Part shown: positions 1-13,040 of the stretch, one piece after another | How positions within the stretch are numbered: the stretch's first letter is position 1 | How the letters are laid out: every line of letters starts with the position of its first letter | Source of the DNA: Mobula hypostoma | Lineage: Eukaryota | Assembly (NCBI RefSeq): GCF_963921235.1 | Contig: NC_086097.1 | Span: forward strand, 179,492,001-179,556,000 | Direction of reading: 5' to 3' | Length of the DNA stretch: 64,000 nt | Notes under the pieces: generated by a model | Seen by the model: the letters and a program-made list of their open reading frames with translations, nothing else | Told to the model about the DNA's origin: nothing | Database searches by the model: none | Translations under genes and position numbers: made by a program

Positions 1-218
1 GATGAATTCTTCCAGCAAGTTTTATAGCACTGTAGAGGTATTAGTAGTATTCTCATTTGCTCTGTATTTCATTTAAATACATAAATTATTACTCAGTTAA
101 ATAGTAGCTTGCCTTTTTTTTTATACCTTTTAACTATTTCCATAACACTTAGGCTAATTGAGACAGCTGTTTAATTGGGCCAAAAGGTATGTGTCCTAAT
201 TAACTGGAATCTACTGTA
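1..218. mobile_element. Possible terminal fragment of a Tigger/Tc1-mariner-type DNA transposon
   Basis: Ends ...CCTAATTAACTGGAATCTACTG|TA, which reads as a CAGT-starting terminal inverted repeat with a TA target site on the other strand. The partner end is not in the window. Confidence 0.35.
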
Positions 219-559
219 TCTATATCAACTCTGCGAAATTCCTTTCCGAATTTTAAAGATGGCTTACTCTTTCCAGAACAAATAAATTAACTGCAGTATA
301 TTCAGTATTTTCTGCTACTTTCTCAGTTTTGGAATCACCCTTAGAAGCTGCTTTTACATTTTCTTCATTTTTTATATTCTCAAAAGGAAGTGTGTAATCT
401 GGGTGTTTGTGTTACCAGGTTATCAGAGAGACCTGGGTCTATATTGCATGACTTTATGTAAGATTGTGACGGAAATTAGTAAAACATAGTATCCTGTATA
501 TTAGTGGCCAAATACTGTTAACACCCATCTTGCTGTGCCTTTCTATAAGTTTGCCCCCT

Positions 560-2030
560 CATTCCCCCTACATTTCAAGGAATAAAAAGACATAGCCTGG
601 TAAAGCTCTCCCTATAATTCAAGCCCCCCCCCCGCCCGCCCCCAGTACTGACAACATCCTCAAATCTTTTCTGTACTCTTTCCAGTTTAACATGTTTCCT
701 AAAACTATGTGATCAAAACTATACACACTACTCACAACTGCATCAGCTCCTACTCTTGGTGCCCTGACTGCTGAAAAGGATATAGCACAGAAATGGCTAT
801 GTCAATTCCATCTTTTGTCCATCTCCACAGATCCCATTTGTCAGTGTTAGGAACATATTCGCCTCTGCCTTTCCCATTCAAGTGTCTGTCCAAGTACCTC
901 TGAAATGTAGAATTTGTATCTGATTACACTGCTGTCACTGTGTTCCAAACATCAACCACTCTGAGTAAAAAAAAACTTTCAACCCCTTAAAAATCTTTCC
1001 TTTCACCTAAAACCCATGCCCACTTGCTTTTGGTGTCCTTACCATGAGAAAAAGATGAAAATGCTTTCTCAGTAGATTTGGGTTGTTCTGGATGGTGCGA
1101 GATCAATTCAGGACACCTGCGTATCTCATTCACAGCCGCTGAGGCAAATTCACAGTGTTTGATGGGAATTCCTATGCATAATAGCAGAAAATCAGTCAGA
1201 TAAAAACTTGCCTACCACATCAGCACCTGTTACCTGATACTCAGGAAAAGTTGGCTGAAGATGAAAGCAGTGACTGGATAAACTGTGGGCATTTTACCAA
1301 AAAGCACCTTTCAGAATCACACAACCAAAATGAATTCTAGTGGACGTGGGCACCAGCCAAAGCATGTTTCTCAGCATAGTCACTGGGGTGGAAGTGAACC
1401 CTTTTAAAATAATAGCTTTAAAAAAGTTGTTGTAGTTAAATGTTCCTATACAATAGGCTTTCTCTTCAGGATGTTTAGACTTTCTATTCACATGCTGTGA
1501 TATATGACCCCACACCGATAGCAGATGTGTTAAGAATCATGTAGCTACACAGCATACAGGCCCTTTGGTCCATACTGACCATGTGCCTACCTAGCTGGTC
1601 TCAATTTCCTGTGTTCAGCACATCTCCCTTTCAGACCCGCCCTTCCATGTGCTTCTCAAATGATGCACTACTTATGCATCAAAACCACTTACTTCACCAG
1701 TTCATTCCATGTACTCACTGCCCTCTGCATTAAAAAAAGTTGCTCTTCATGGCCCTTATAAATCTTTCCACACAATCTCTAAACCTTTGCCTCCAAGGTT
1801 TTAGACTACCCTATGCCGGGAAAAAGACTGTTGCCATCCACTATGCCTCCTGGTTTTAAACACTTCTGTAAGATCACTCCTTGTTCTCCTATGTTCCAAA
1901 AAATAAAGATCCAATTTGGCCAACCTCTCCTTATAGCTCAGGCCTCTAGGCCTGGCAACGACCTTCTAAATCTTTCCAGTTTAATCCCATCTTTCCTGTA
2001 ACGGTGATCAAAAATGTACAGTTTGGTCAT
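560..2030 (-). mobile_element. Old, decayed CR1 LINE 3' fragments
   Basis: Several degenerate blocks resemble the reverse complement of the CR1 3' ends seen elsewhere in this window. No intact ORF. Confidence 0.5.
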
Positions 2031-5000
2031 TTATGCAGCCTTGAAATGAAAGCATTCAAATTGAGAATCCAGAATTGCAGCCAATAGCATTCTAACTGCC
2101 TTTTCCTGTATGTGATGCTTTTATTACCTAACTACATCTAAGCTGGCAGTATGATACATTTTCTCTAACAGTATGTTGTGGCCCATTTCCAGGATTTGAG
2201 AGACCAGCATGCCTAGATAATGAGTTCTTTGTTAAATCATCTGTGATGCATTCTTTACGGCAAATTGGAATAGATTTATTATCTGGCTTGGTTTAATAAA
2301 TTTTACTTGTATTGTTTATCAAGCAGTGATACACAAGTACGTATTTGAAGAATGCGGCACAATTTGTTAAATATGTAACAGATTTATTATTCCCATTTGA
2401 CAGGAGCTTGTAGCGGATTAATTTCAGGTCCACTTAAATTAGAGTTTACTGTCTTATGCACAGGTGCAATGAAAAACTTAATTTCAGCAGCATCACAGGC
2501 ACATAGCATCAGAGGCATGATGTTCACAAGAAAATTCATAAATTAAGCATAAATTACACATTTTTATGAGAAAGAGCACAATTAGGACAAAATACAAATC
2601 AAGTCCATTGTAGTGCCAAGTCATCATGGTTATCTACTGCCCTTGCAGTGTGTACATACAAAGCTATGCACCTTCTCAAAAATCATCCACGATGGAAGCT
2701 TCATTCAAGGTTTTTAGGGAGATCTTACTTGCAAAAAGATAATGCTGTTTCAAGAGTAAATGAAAAGTTGATGAAGATGGATGTCTTTTCACCATGTGCT
2801 TTAAGTTGAAATCCAAATTAACCTGTGTGGGACATGATATAAAAAAAACAGCTTACGTATGGGAAATCATGCTCATAAAAAACGAAGAGTGCCTCTAGAG
2901 GTCAGAACGCATCTTGCCCAACATCCGTAAGTCATCAAAATTAACTACTAAAACTAAAAGTCAGATAATCATTTCATTAAATCTTTGGCAAAAGAATAGT
3001 CTCAGGGACTCGGGGTCTTACTCCACAGTCTTTAACCGTTCTCACTTTGAAAATGTCATCCTTGATGACAAACTGTACTTGCTTATGGTAATGTCTAATG
3101 AGCAGATAGGTAACATGATGCTTACCTAGAATGACGATTGGGTGAGTTACCTCTAAAGTGAGTTTTGCCCTGGCCAGGATGAATCTAACTTTACTATATC
3201 CAGTATTGTCTGTGACCTTCAGGTATGCAACAGCAGCAATGGCTTTAGTTGATGCATCACAGAAGATACAGAGCTCTTTCTACCATAGATAGCAGAATTG
3301 TTGTGTAGGTTTTGGAATCTTCAAACCGTTAAGATCCTGAAGGGAAGAAGGTCACTGCTGATGCTTCTCTCTTAACATGAGGCATCCCTGGATACTAACT
3401 GGAGCAGCAAATCCAAGAGGGTCAGATAGACTGTTGATAGTCGATAGCATGCCGTGATGCATAAAGAGTTTTTTGGTATCAGAGACCTGGAGAGTAAGGG
3501 TGTCAGTAATGAGTTCCCATCCAAGGCCCTGACTGCACTGCATCAGAGGGGTTTCCAGTCCAAGATCAAAATTCTGTCAACCTTTGCCAGATCTTCAGAT
3601 GGGAAGTCTTGTATGATATCAACACTGTTGGATGCGATCTTAGCAGTCTGAGACTAGACTGTGCCAACAAATCAGCACACTGCTTCTTTAGCACTAGAAA
3701 ATGATTTAAGACCATCAACATAGAAACGTCTTTCTATGTATCTCTGTGCTTCAGTCCTGAATTCCTTCTCTCCCTCAATCACAGTCCTCTCAAGGCCATA
3801 GACTGTCACAGCTGGTGAGGGGCAGTTACCAAATACATGCAGTACTCCAGAATCTTGTTGTCCATTTGATAGTTGTCTCAGGTAGTCTCAATGATCCTCT
3901 CTCACTAGGAAGCTGTGGAACATTTGTTCAACATCTGCCATCACTGTGATGGACTCAGTTCTGAAGCGCATGAGCACCCCAAGCAGACTGTTACTGAGGT
4001 CTGCACCCTGCAAGAGCACATCATTCAGTGAGACAACTTTGAACCATGCACTTGAGTCAAAGACATTTCATATTTAAGCAGGTTTCGGGGGTGGGGGGGA
4101 ATAAACACAAGTTGGAAAACACTAATTTTACTTGTTGGGATCTGTTAAAGGTGCTAACTCAGCATGATTGTACCTGAAGAGTCTCTCCAAGAGCTTTCAT
4201 TTCTGGTTTTCTTCTCAATGTGGGACATGAGTCAACTAAGGGCCTATTCTCACAGGGTCTGAAATGGGTTGGGCACCCATTCTCCATGACATTAGTCTTC
4301 ATGTGCTGTCAATGGGCTGAGGACCACCACTGAGGCAGACTTCACCCACCATAACCCAACCCAGATCCAGTCATTGGGTATAAAGGTGCATTGTCCACAT
4401 CCCTTATGTGTATGGATGGTGTCTCTGCCAAGCAACAGGAGAATCTCAGCAAAATAGTTAAGTGGAGGAATTTTGACAGCTATATCCTTAAGATGTGAAT
4501 GGCCTTTGTGCAGCTTCAGGTGTTGGAATTTCATCCCTGTTGTTGGGAATGATGGTCACACACTGAGGGTTGGTAAGGGTAAGCAGACTCCCTTCCTTAC
4601 TGACTCCATGACAAATCCACTGGCTTTTCTCCCTGAAAACTTCTGATGTTCCAGAACATGTCTTTAGGGTGTGTGGGGAAACAGAATAATGAACGTGTCA
4701 GAATGTTGACTTTGCCAATAACACACAGTTCTGATCATCCAATATCACAGTTGCCTTTTTTTCTACTTTTGGGTAGATATTGGCATATTTTAGAGCAGAG
4801 TTTGCCTTGGAACCCTTTCCTGCATACCTCTGTGCATGAAGAAGCAGTTACATCTGATGGATGCTCAGCTGGCTTCCTTTTGCACTCAGTGCAGTGTATG
4901 ATAGCTTCACAGTCTTTTGCTTATTGTGCAGTTGAAGCACAATATTTGAAACATATTGAGTGCTCCTTTAGAAAGTGCCTTTGGTCTGCAAGCGTTTTTT

Positions 5001-5367
5001 TCTCTGAATCCTATGGATTTCCTTAAGGGGTGAGGTTTCTTATGGACAGAGCATTCTCTCTTAGGTTTCATGATTGAGTTTTCTACTTCAGTTTTGTGGA
5101 CCGTGATAGAGGCTTTTGTCTTCCATGCTTTTGCTGGACACCTCTCTTTGAATGAGTTGTTACCTGATGTTGAGAGTATCTTGCATTTCTCCATGGCGGC
5201 AGATGAATTCTACAAAGAATGAAAATGGCAGATAGTGGGCATGATGCTTTATTTTATACTTGAAATCTACAGTTACCCACTGTTCTTGCACTGTTATTTG
5301 GTATTTCCTCCCATTAGGGTTTATTCCTCTTGCTGTATCCAAGAAACTCGGTTCAAATAAATACATA

Positions 5368-7792
5368 GGTCCGAGCCTACTTCTTTGGCAAGGACTCTTC
5401 CACCCCCACCAATGACCCCTTCTCTCATCTTCAACCCTCCTCTTCTTCATGGACACCCCGCTCTGGTCTTCTGCCTGCTCTGGATCACTTTATCGCTAAC
5501 TGCTGACGGGACATCAACCATCTCGACTTTACCACACCTTGTTCCCATTCCAACCTCACTCCTTCGGAACGCTCTGCTCTCCACTCCCTCCACACTAATC
5601 CTAATCTTATTATTAAACCCGCCGATAAGGGGGGTGCTGTTGTAGTCTGGCATACTGACCTCTACCTTGCCGAGGCACAGAGACAACTCGCGGATACCTC
5701 TTATTTACCCCTCGATCGTGACCCCACTAAGGAGCACCAGGCCATTGTCTCCCACACCATCACCGACTTTATCCACTCAGGGGATCTCCCATCCACTGCC
5801 ACCAACCTTATAGTTCCCACACCTCGCACTTCCCGTTCTACCTCCTACCCAAGATCCACAAACGTGCCTGTCCTGGCAGACCTATTGTCTCAGTTTGCTC
5901 CTGCCCCACCGAACTCATTTCTGCATACCTCGACACGGTTTTATCCCCCCTTGTTCAATTCCTTCCTACCTATGTTCGTGACACTTCTCACGCTCTTAAA
6001 CTTTTTGATGATTTTAAGTTCCCTGGCCCCCACCGCTTTATTTTCACTATGGATGTCCAGTCCCTGTATACTTCCATCCCCCATCAGGAAGGTCTCAAAG
6101 CTCTCTGCTTCTTTTTGGATTCCAGACCTAATCAGTTCCCCTCTACCACCACTCTGCTCCGTCTAGCGGAATTAGTCCTTACTTATAATAATTTCTCCTT
6201 TGGCTCTTCCCACTTCCTCCAAACTAAAGGTGTAGCTATGGGCACCCGTATGGGTCCTAGCTATGCCTGCCTTTTTGTTGGCTTTGTGGAACAATCTATG
6301 TTCGTGCCTATTCTGGTATCTGTCCCCCACTTTTCCTTCGCTACATCGACGACTGCATTGGCGCTGCTTCCTGCACGCATGCTGAGCTCGTTGACTTTAT
6401 TAACTTTGCCTCCAACTTTCACCCTGCCCTCAAGTTTACCTGGTCCATTTCCGACACCTCCCTCCCCTTTCTAGATCTTTCTGTCTCTGTCTCTGGAGAC
6501 AGCTTATCCACTGATGTCTACTATAAGCCTACTGACTCTCACAGCTATCTGGACTATTCCTCTTCTCACCCTGTCTCTTGCAAAAATGCCATCCCCTTCT
6601 CGCAATTCCTCCATCTCCGCCGCATCTGCTCACAGGATGAGGCTTTTCATTCCAGGATGAGGGAGATGTCCTTTTTTAAAGAAAGGGGCTTCCCTTCCTC
6701 CACCAGCAACTCTGCTCTTAAATGCATCTCCCCCATTTCACGTACATCTGCTCTCACTCCATCCTCCCGCCACCCCACTAGGAATAGGGTTCCCCTGGTC
6801 CTCACCTACCACCCCACCAGCCAACATATTATTCTCCGTAACTTCCGCCACCTCCAACGGGATCCCACCACTAAGCACATCTTTCCCTCCCCCCCCCGCT
6901 TTCCACAGGGATCGCTCCCTACGCGACTCCCTTGTCCATTTGTCCCCCCCATCCCTCCCCACTGATCTCCCTCCTGGCACTTATCCTTGTAAGTGGAACA
7001 AGTGCTACACATGTCCTTACACTTCCTCCCTTACCACCATTCAGGGCCCCAGACAGTCCTTCCAGGTGAGGCAACACTTCACCTGTGAGTCGGCTGGGGT
7101 GATGTACTGTGTCCGGTGCTCCCGATGTGGCCTTCTATATATATTGGCGAGACCCGACGCAGACTGGGAGACCACTTTGCTGAACACCTATGCTCTGTCC
7201 GCCAGAGAAAGCAGGATCTCCCAGTGGCCACACATTTTAATTCCACATCCCATTCCCATTCTGACATGTCTATCCACGGCCTCCTCTACTGCAAAGATGA
7301 AGCCACACTCAGGTTGGAGGAACAACACCTTATATTCCGTCTGGGTAGCCTCCAACTTGATGGCATGAACATCGAGTTCTCTAACTTCTGCTAATGCCCC
7401 ACCTCCCCCTCGTACCCCATCCGTTATTTATTTTTATACACACATTCTTCCTCTCACTCTCCTTTTTCTCCCTCTGTCCCTCTGACTATACCCCTTGCCC
7501 ATCCTCTGGGTTCCCCCCCCCCATTGTTTTTCTCCCCGGACCTCCTGTCCCATGATCCTCTCATATCCCCTTTGCCTGTCACCTGTTCAGCTCTCAGCTC
7601 TATCCCTCCCCCTCCTGTCTTCTCCTATCATTTTGGATCTCCCCCTCACCCTCCAACTTTCAAATCTCTTACTAGCTCTTCCTTCAGTTAGTCCTGACGA
7701 AGGGTCTTGGCCTGAAACGTCGACTGTACCTCTTCCTAGAGATGCTGCCTGGCCTGCTGCGTTCACCAGTAACTTTGATGTGTGTTGTTTCC
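5368..7792 (+). mobile_element. Penelope-like retroelement (RT + GIY-YIG endonuclease), 5'-truncated and frameshifted
   Basis: MDVQSLYTSIP, GVAMGTRMGPSYA and RYIDD RT motifs; Cys-rich linker; YIGETRRRLGDHFAEH GIY-YIG region with stop at 7394; pyrimidine-rich tail with a hammerhead motif; flanked by AAATACATA at 5359-5367 and 7793-7801. Confidence 0.92.
7689..7726 (+). ncRNA. Minimal type I hammerhead ribozyme motif in the Penelope tail
   Basis: UAGUC-CUGACGA-AGG(GUCUUGG)CCU-GAAA-C-GUC-GACUG: conserved CUGANGA and GAAA boxes, stem I UAGUC/GACUG, short stem II, palindromic ACGU in place of stem III. Confidence 0.8.
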
Positions 7793-9664
7793 AAATACAT
7801 AACCGTTGTTTGTTTGGGACTTGCAGTTCCAACAACAGATCTGCAAGCTCCAGTAGCTCCTGCGGTTCTTTGAGAGCTTTGGAAAATTATTGAGTCTGCT
7901 GAAGAGATTCTTCCATTGGCTCTGGAGTCACAGCATTTACAAACCCTTAGCTGGATTATTAATGTGTGCTGCCCTAACCCTTGTTGCATGTTGCAGTGAC
8001 TCCCTACCAAGCCATTTACAGAGGTCTAGCTCTTCACTAGGTTTGAGACTTTGTTCTTCCACGGCATTGCAAAAGCTTGACTTCCAGGACATACGACTGG
8101 TTGTCAAACACTTTTAGTCCTGCTGTGACTAGATCTTGATGAGCCAGATACTATGCAAAATCTAATGCACCTGCAGCTCATGAATGAGGGCAGTGTGGAG
8201 GCTAGTTTGCCAAATGTGTGTCCTGGGATGGATGGAAGTTCAATCTGTCCACGTTTGTGTAGATAGGGCTACCATAACCTGAACCCTGTGAAAGACATGT
8301 TGGCTGTGTGGTGTAGGTAGCTTCTACTTGCAGAGCTGGAACACTGTCTTTTTACGGCCAAATTGCATTTGGACGTATTCTTTAGTAAGCTGCATTGGCT
8401 GTTGTAATGGCAAAGCATGACTGATACTGGTTGTAGACTCAGCTGCTGCTTCATATACCTTTGCCTCTGCTGAGGGAGCCTCAGCTTCATGCCCTTTCTT
8501 GAGTGCACAGTGTAGCCTCTACGTGTGCTCTCTTCATGTCTATGCAAGCTTTCTCCATTTACATCTCAGCTTCGCGCTTACCATAAGCTGCTCTATTTCT
8601 TGCTGTTTCAGCTGTAGCGTAAGCTTGTGATGCAGCTATGCTAATTGTGGATTTGTTAGTGTCGCAATGACACAGTCAACACGCCACATGACTTCCAGGT
8701 CTTGGCGATTGATGTTGTTTGGGTCAGAAGCTGACTTATCGTGCAGTGCCTTTAAAGACAAGTTATCTTTTCACTCTACCGATATATAAAGCTATACAGT
8801 GAGCTAAATACCTTCTCAAAAATCACCCCATTACCTTCGTTCAGGGTTTCTTAATGAAATCTTACGTGCAGGAACTGATATTAAAAAAATTTCCGTAAAG
8901 GAAATGATGTTCATCCAAAGCAAACAGTGCCTCTAGAGGTCAGAACAGAATTTTGCTCAATTGTTGAAGGGAAGTAGATAATCTTGAACCTGGTAGTGTG
9001 AGACTTCATTGATTTATTGTGCAAATGTGTGAAATCATCCACACCTACAAAATGTACAACTGCACTTATTGTGGTCCAACCAATTGAATAGAAATACGAG
9101 AAAAAAGGTCGCCTACCAACAAGATGGGAAACTACTCAGTTTAATGCCAAATGCACGGGAGCCTTTAATATGCAGGATACATATCACAGGACAAAACACA
9201 GCACAGGCAGTAACCATATACAACAGTTAAATCCCATCAGAAATAAAAGTTACCCAGCTCATCTTCTATATATTTTCTTAAATGTGCTGCATGAGGAAGG
9301 CCGGATTCTGTAAAACAGAAGCAGACTTAATTGGTGTAAAATCCCTAATCATGAAGTTGTATTTTCCGTTCATCTGTGCATTAACCAGTAAATTGTTTTG
9401 CATGCTGGTTAAGAAGCTGGTACTCAGTTAATGAGCCAGGAGCTACTCCAAGGTCATATTTGGCCATTAACTCATGTATTGAGCACTCCTGACCTAATGG
9501 TCTGTTCTTTATATACTGCATTCTTCAAAGTTCTGTAGGCTTTTCAATGTATGCAAATATTTGTGAATTGAAAAGTGAGGTAGGTCAAATGGATTGGAAT
9601 GAGCAAAACAAAGTTCTCGGTGCAAGAAATATGTGGTTTGAGCTGCAGCTTCACCTCTTTGATA

Positions 9665-11089
9665 CAGTGGTATGCAAAAGTTTGGGCACTCCTGGTCAAA
9701 ATTTCTGTTACTGCAAATAGCTAAGCGAGTAAAAGATGAACTGATTTCCAAAAGGCATAAAGTTAAAGATGACACATTTCTTTAATATTTTAAGCAAGAT
9801 TACTTTTTTTATTTCCATCTTTTACAGTTTCAAAATAACAAAAAAGGAAAAGGGCCCGAAGCAAAAGTTTGGGCACTCTTCATTGCAGGACTTAGTAACA
9901 CCCCCTTTGGCAAGTATCACAGCTTGTAAACGCTTTCTGTAGCCAGCTAAGTCTTTCAATTGTTGTTTGGGGGATTTTCACCCATTCTTCCTTGCAAAAG
10001 ACTTCTAGTTCTGTGAGATTCTTGGGCTGTCTTGCATGCACTGCTCTTTTGAGGTCTCTCCACAGGTTCTCGATGATGTTTAGGTCAGGGGACTGTGAGG
10101 GCCATGGCAAAACCTCAGCTTGCACCTCTTGAGGTAGTCCATTGTGGATTTTGAGGTGTGTTTAGGTTCATTATCCTGTTGTAGAAGCCATCCTCTTTTC
10201 ATCTTCGGCATTTTTTTACAGACGGTGTTATGTCTGACCTTTGCTCATTGCAGCCAAAAAGTTCTATTTTAACTTCATCAGTCCACAGGTTAGATGTTCC
10301 TTTGAAGCTTTTGAATAGAACTTTTTGGCCGCAATGAGCAAAGGTATGTTTGGAGAAAAAAGGGTGCAGAATTTCATGAAAAGGACCCCTCTCCAACTGT
10401 TAAGCATGGGGGTGGATCAATCATACTTTGGGCTTATGTTGCAGCCAGTGGCACGGGGAACATTTACTGGTAGAGGGAAGAATGAACTCAATTAAATAAC
10501 AGCAAATTCTGGAAGCAGACATCACACCATCTGTAAAAAAAAAGCCAAAGGTGAAAAGAGGATGGCTTCTACAACAGGATAATGAACCTAAACACACCTC
10601 AAAATCCACAATGGACTACCTCAAGAGGTGCAAGCTGAAGGTTTTGCCATGGCCCTCACTGTCCCCTGACCTAAACATCATTGAGAATCTGTGGATAGAC
10701 CTCAAAAGAGCAGTGCATGCAAGACAGCCCAAGAATCTTGCAGAACTAGAAGCCTTTTGTAAGGAAGAATGGGTGAAAATCCCCCAAACAAGAATTGAAA
10801 GACTCTTAGCTGGCTACAGAAAGTGTTCACAAGCTGTGATACTTGCCAAAGGGGGTGTTACTAAGTACTGACCATGCAGGGTGCCCAAACTTTTGCTTCA
10901 GGCCCTTTTCCTTTTTTGTTATTTTGAAACTGTAAAAGATGAAAATAAAAAAGTAATCTTGCTTAAAATATTAAAGAAATGTGTCATCTTTAACTATGCC
11001 TTTTGGAAATCAGTTCATCTTTTACTCGCTTAGCTATTCACAGTAACAGAAATTTTGACCGGGGGTGCCCAAACTTTTGCATGCCACTG
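9665..11089. mobile_element. Non-autonomous foldback Tc1 transposon (IR/DR type)
   Basis: TA at 9663-9664 and 11090-11091; termini CAGTGG.ATGCAAAAGTTTGGGCAC; ~220-bp inverted repeats with an internal direct repeat (~9862-9877); transposase C-terminus ([15 protein letters not shown]) on both strands (9892-10125 -, 10551-10871 +); no N-terminal half. Confidence 0.93.
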
Positions 11090-11490
11090 TACCATCAGCT
11101 GTACAGTATTCAAAGGCATTCTCCCATGTAATAAAAGCAAACAGAAAAATACTGGAAACTTAGCAGTTCAGGCGACATCTGTGGAAAGGTGAACGGAGTC
11201 ATTTTTCAGGTGCAAGACTTCACCACAACTAAGGAAGAATTCTTTGCTGGTCTAGATAAAGGATCTCCAACCATAATATACAGGAGCAGAATTGGGTCAG
11301 TTGGCCCATCGAATCTGCTCTGCTATTTAATCATGGCTTTTTTATTCAACTCATTGTCCGGCTTTTTCACATAAACTACTTAATCCTGCTGAAAGTTTCC
11401 AACATTTCCTGATTGTTTTTATTTAAAAGTTTTGCATTTGCAGTTTTTATTTTGGATTTTCATGCTCTGTAATTTTCAATCTGTTAACAG

Positions 11491-11593
11491 GTGGTTCCAT
11501 CAAGGGACCAATCCTTATGTTGGAGCATCAGACTGGCTGTACTCAGGAGGGTACTGGGACAGGAATTATTCACAGTGCTGTGACATTTATTAA
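11491..11593 (+). CDS. OSBPL1A: Last coding exon of oxysterol-binding protein-related protein 1
   Basis: After acceptor ...CTGTTAACAG, reads (R)WFHQGTNPYVGASDWLYSGGYWDRNYSQCCDIY*. This matches the ORP1 C-terminus as I recall it (WFHQGPNPY...DWIYSGSYWDRNY...DIY). The tail-to-tail position with CABYR matches mammalian synteny. Confidence 0.9.
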
Positions 11594-13040
11594 CACAGCA
11601 GATTGATTTTGTCAGTATCTCTTACTGCTGCAAGCAAGTTTCAGGGCAGAAAATTTTAAATCAGTAAACCTCAACCAATGCAAATTTATTTGTTTTATTT
11701 CTTACAATACAAATGTTCTTTGAGAGTTTTTAAGTACTGCCAAGTATGTACAATAGCAGTCTCTTACTGAGAACATCACATTGACAAACTTGTACTTGTT
11801 ACTGTCTTCTCCAGCTGTTGAATGATTATTGAAACCTATACATGCCTTGGCATAAAACTCTTGAGCTACCTCTGGCAGGTTTCACGTAAGGCAATATGGG
11901 AGCATAACTGGCCTGTGGACTTTAAAGACATTATTATATGGTAACTTTACTGTTTTTACTTAATCACGCTAGTTTGACTTAATCATTCTAAAGTTACAGT
12001 AGTTCAAATGATGCAAGTTGGACTGAATATTGCTCTTGTTCAGATCTGTTCTGGAGATGGATGAAAACTAATTATAGAATAGCAACCTCTATTGAACTGT
12101 TTTGTAAACAGTATATTTTCCCATTTAGATTGCATAAATCACCCATTATTTGAAATATTTCAGTGGATTTAGTAACCTGAACCCTTGTTCAGTCCTTCAC
12201 TCATGAACCTTTCACTCCAGAAGTGTTTGTGTGGAAGTGGAAAGGTATTTTTACCTTTGTGCAATGTGCTCCAGCTTACTATTGAGTCATAACATTTCAT
12301 TTCCATGGTTTTTGTTTATTTAATATTTGTTTTGAATATAACGACATGTAGTGTTTTATTCGGAAGTTTCAAAGCTATAGCAAGCCTTGCAACCCCAGTT
12401 TGAAAAGCTGTGTTGCTAAATGTGTAAACAGAATTCTGTAATTATTTGTACAGTACATCAGAACTTGTGTTCCTGAAATCTTCAACAAAACTGTTAAAAC
12501 TGCAATATTTATAGTTAAATTATGACTAGTTTTGTGCACTGTTAATGGATTGGACAAAACACTTCCCCTGTACAAAAAAATCTATTCTGTGGATTTGCAA
12601 TTGATCTGGCCTTCATAAATTGATTGCAAAATACTACAATTATTGGCACTGACAATGGGTGTGCTTTTCGGTTGCACATTATCATGTTTGTACAAAAATA
12701 AGTAGAATTCATTGTTAAACTTTCTGCACATTTCACATACATGATGCATTGCAGTTGATGACACTGAATTTAATTAAACTCCTGACTGGATTGTTCACAT
12801 ACTTGCTTTTTTTCCTATATTTTCATCTCTGAAGAATGCAAGATAGATTTGGGATCCTATGTCTACTGTTACCATTTTCACTAGTGGTGTATTAGATTGA
12901 ATTTGAAGAAAACATATTTCTAGGTATATGTCAGATCTACTGGAAGGGTAACACTGTTGGATTTTAACAACTGTTTTGTCACTTAATGTAATTGTATAAA
13001 ATGTTATTGCTGCTAAATAAAGGCTTTACAAAAACTCGAT
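11594..13040 (+). other. OSBPL1A: Probable OSBPL1A 3' UTR
   Basis: ~1.45 kb AU-rich, repeat-free stretch from the stop codon to AATAAA at 13016-13021. Confidence 0.65.
13016..13021 (+). terminator. Polyadenylation signal (OSBPL1A)
   Basis: AATAAA preceded by TGTA elements at the end of the AU-rich tract. Confidence 0.6.

Larger units (their letters stand above)
2633..8947 (-). mobile_element. Decayed BEL/Pao LTR retrotransposon, interrupted by a Penelope element
   Basis: Minus-strand remnants: LSTINSLSDPLGFAAPV (Pao RNase H/peptidase A17-like), [24 protein letters not shown] and [22 protein letters not shown] (RT), SFLDTARGINP (gag region). Diverged direct repeats at ~2633-2909 and ~8775-8947 share CCTTCTCAAAAATCA and AGTGCCTCTAGAGGTCAGAAC (LTRs). 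Confidence 0.85.

Noticed and set aside
11491..11593. OSBPL2 rather than OSBPL1A
   Set aside because: WFHQG and YWDRNY plus CABYR adjacency favour OSBPL1A; not confirmed by a search.
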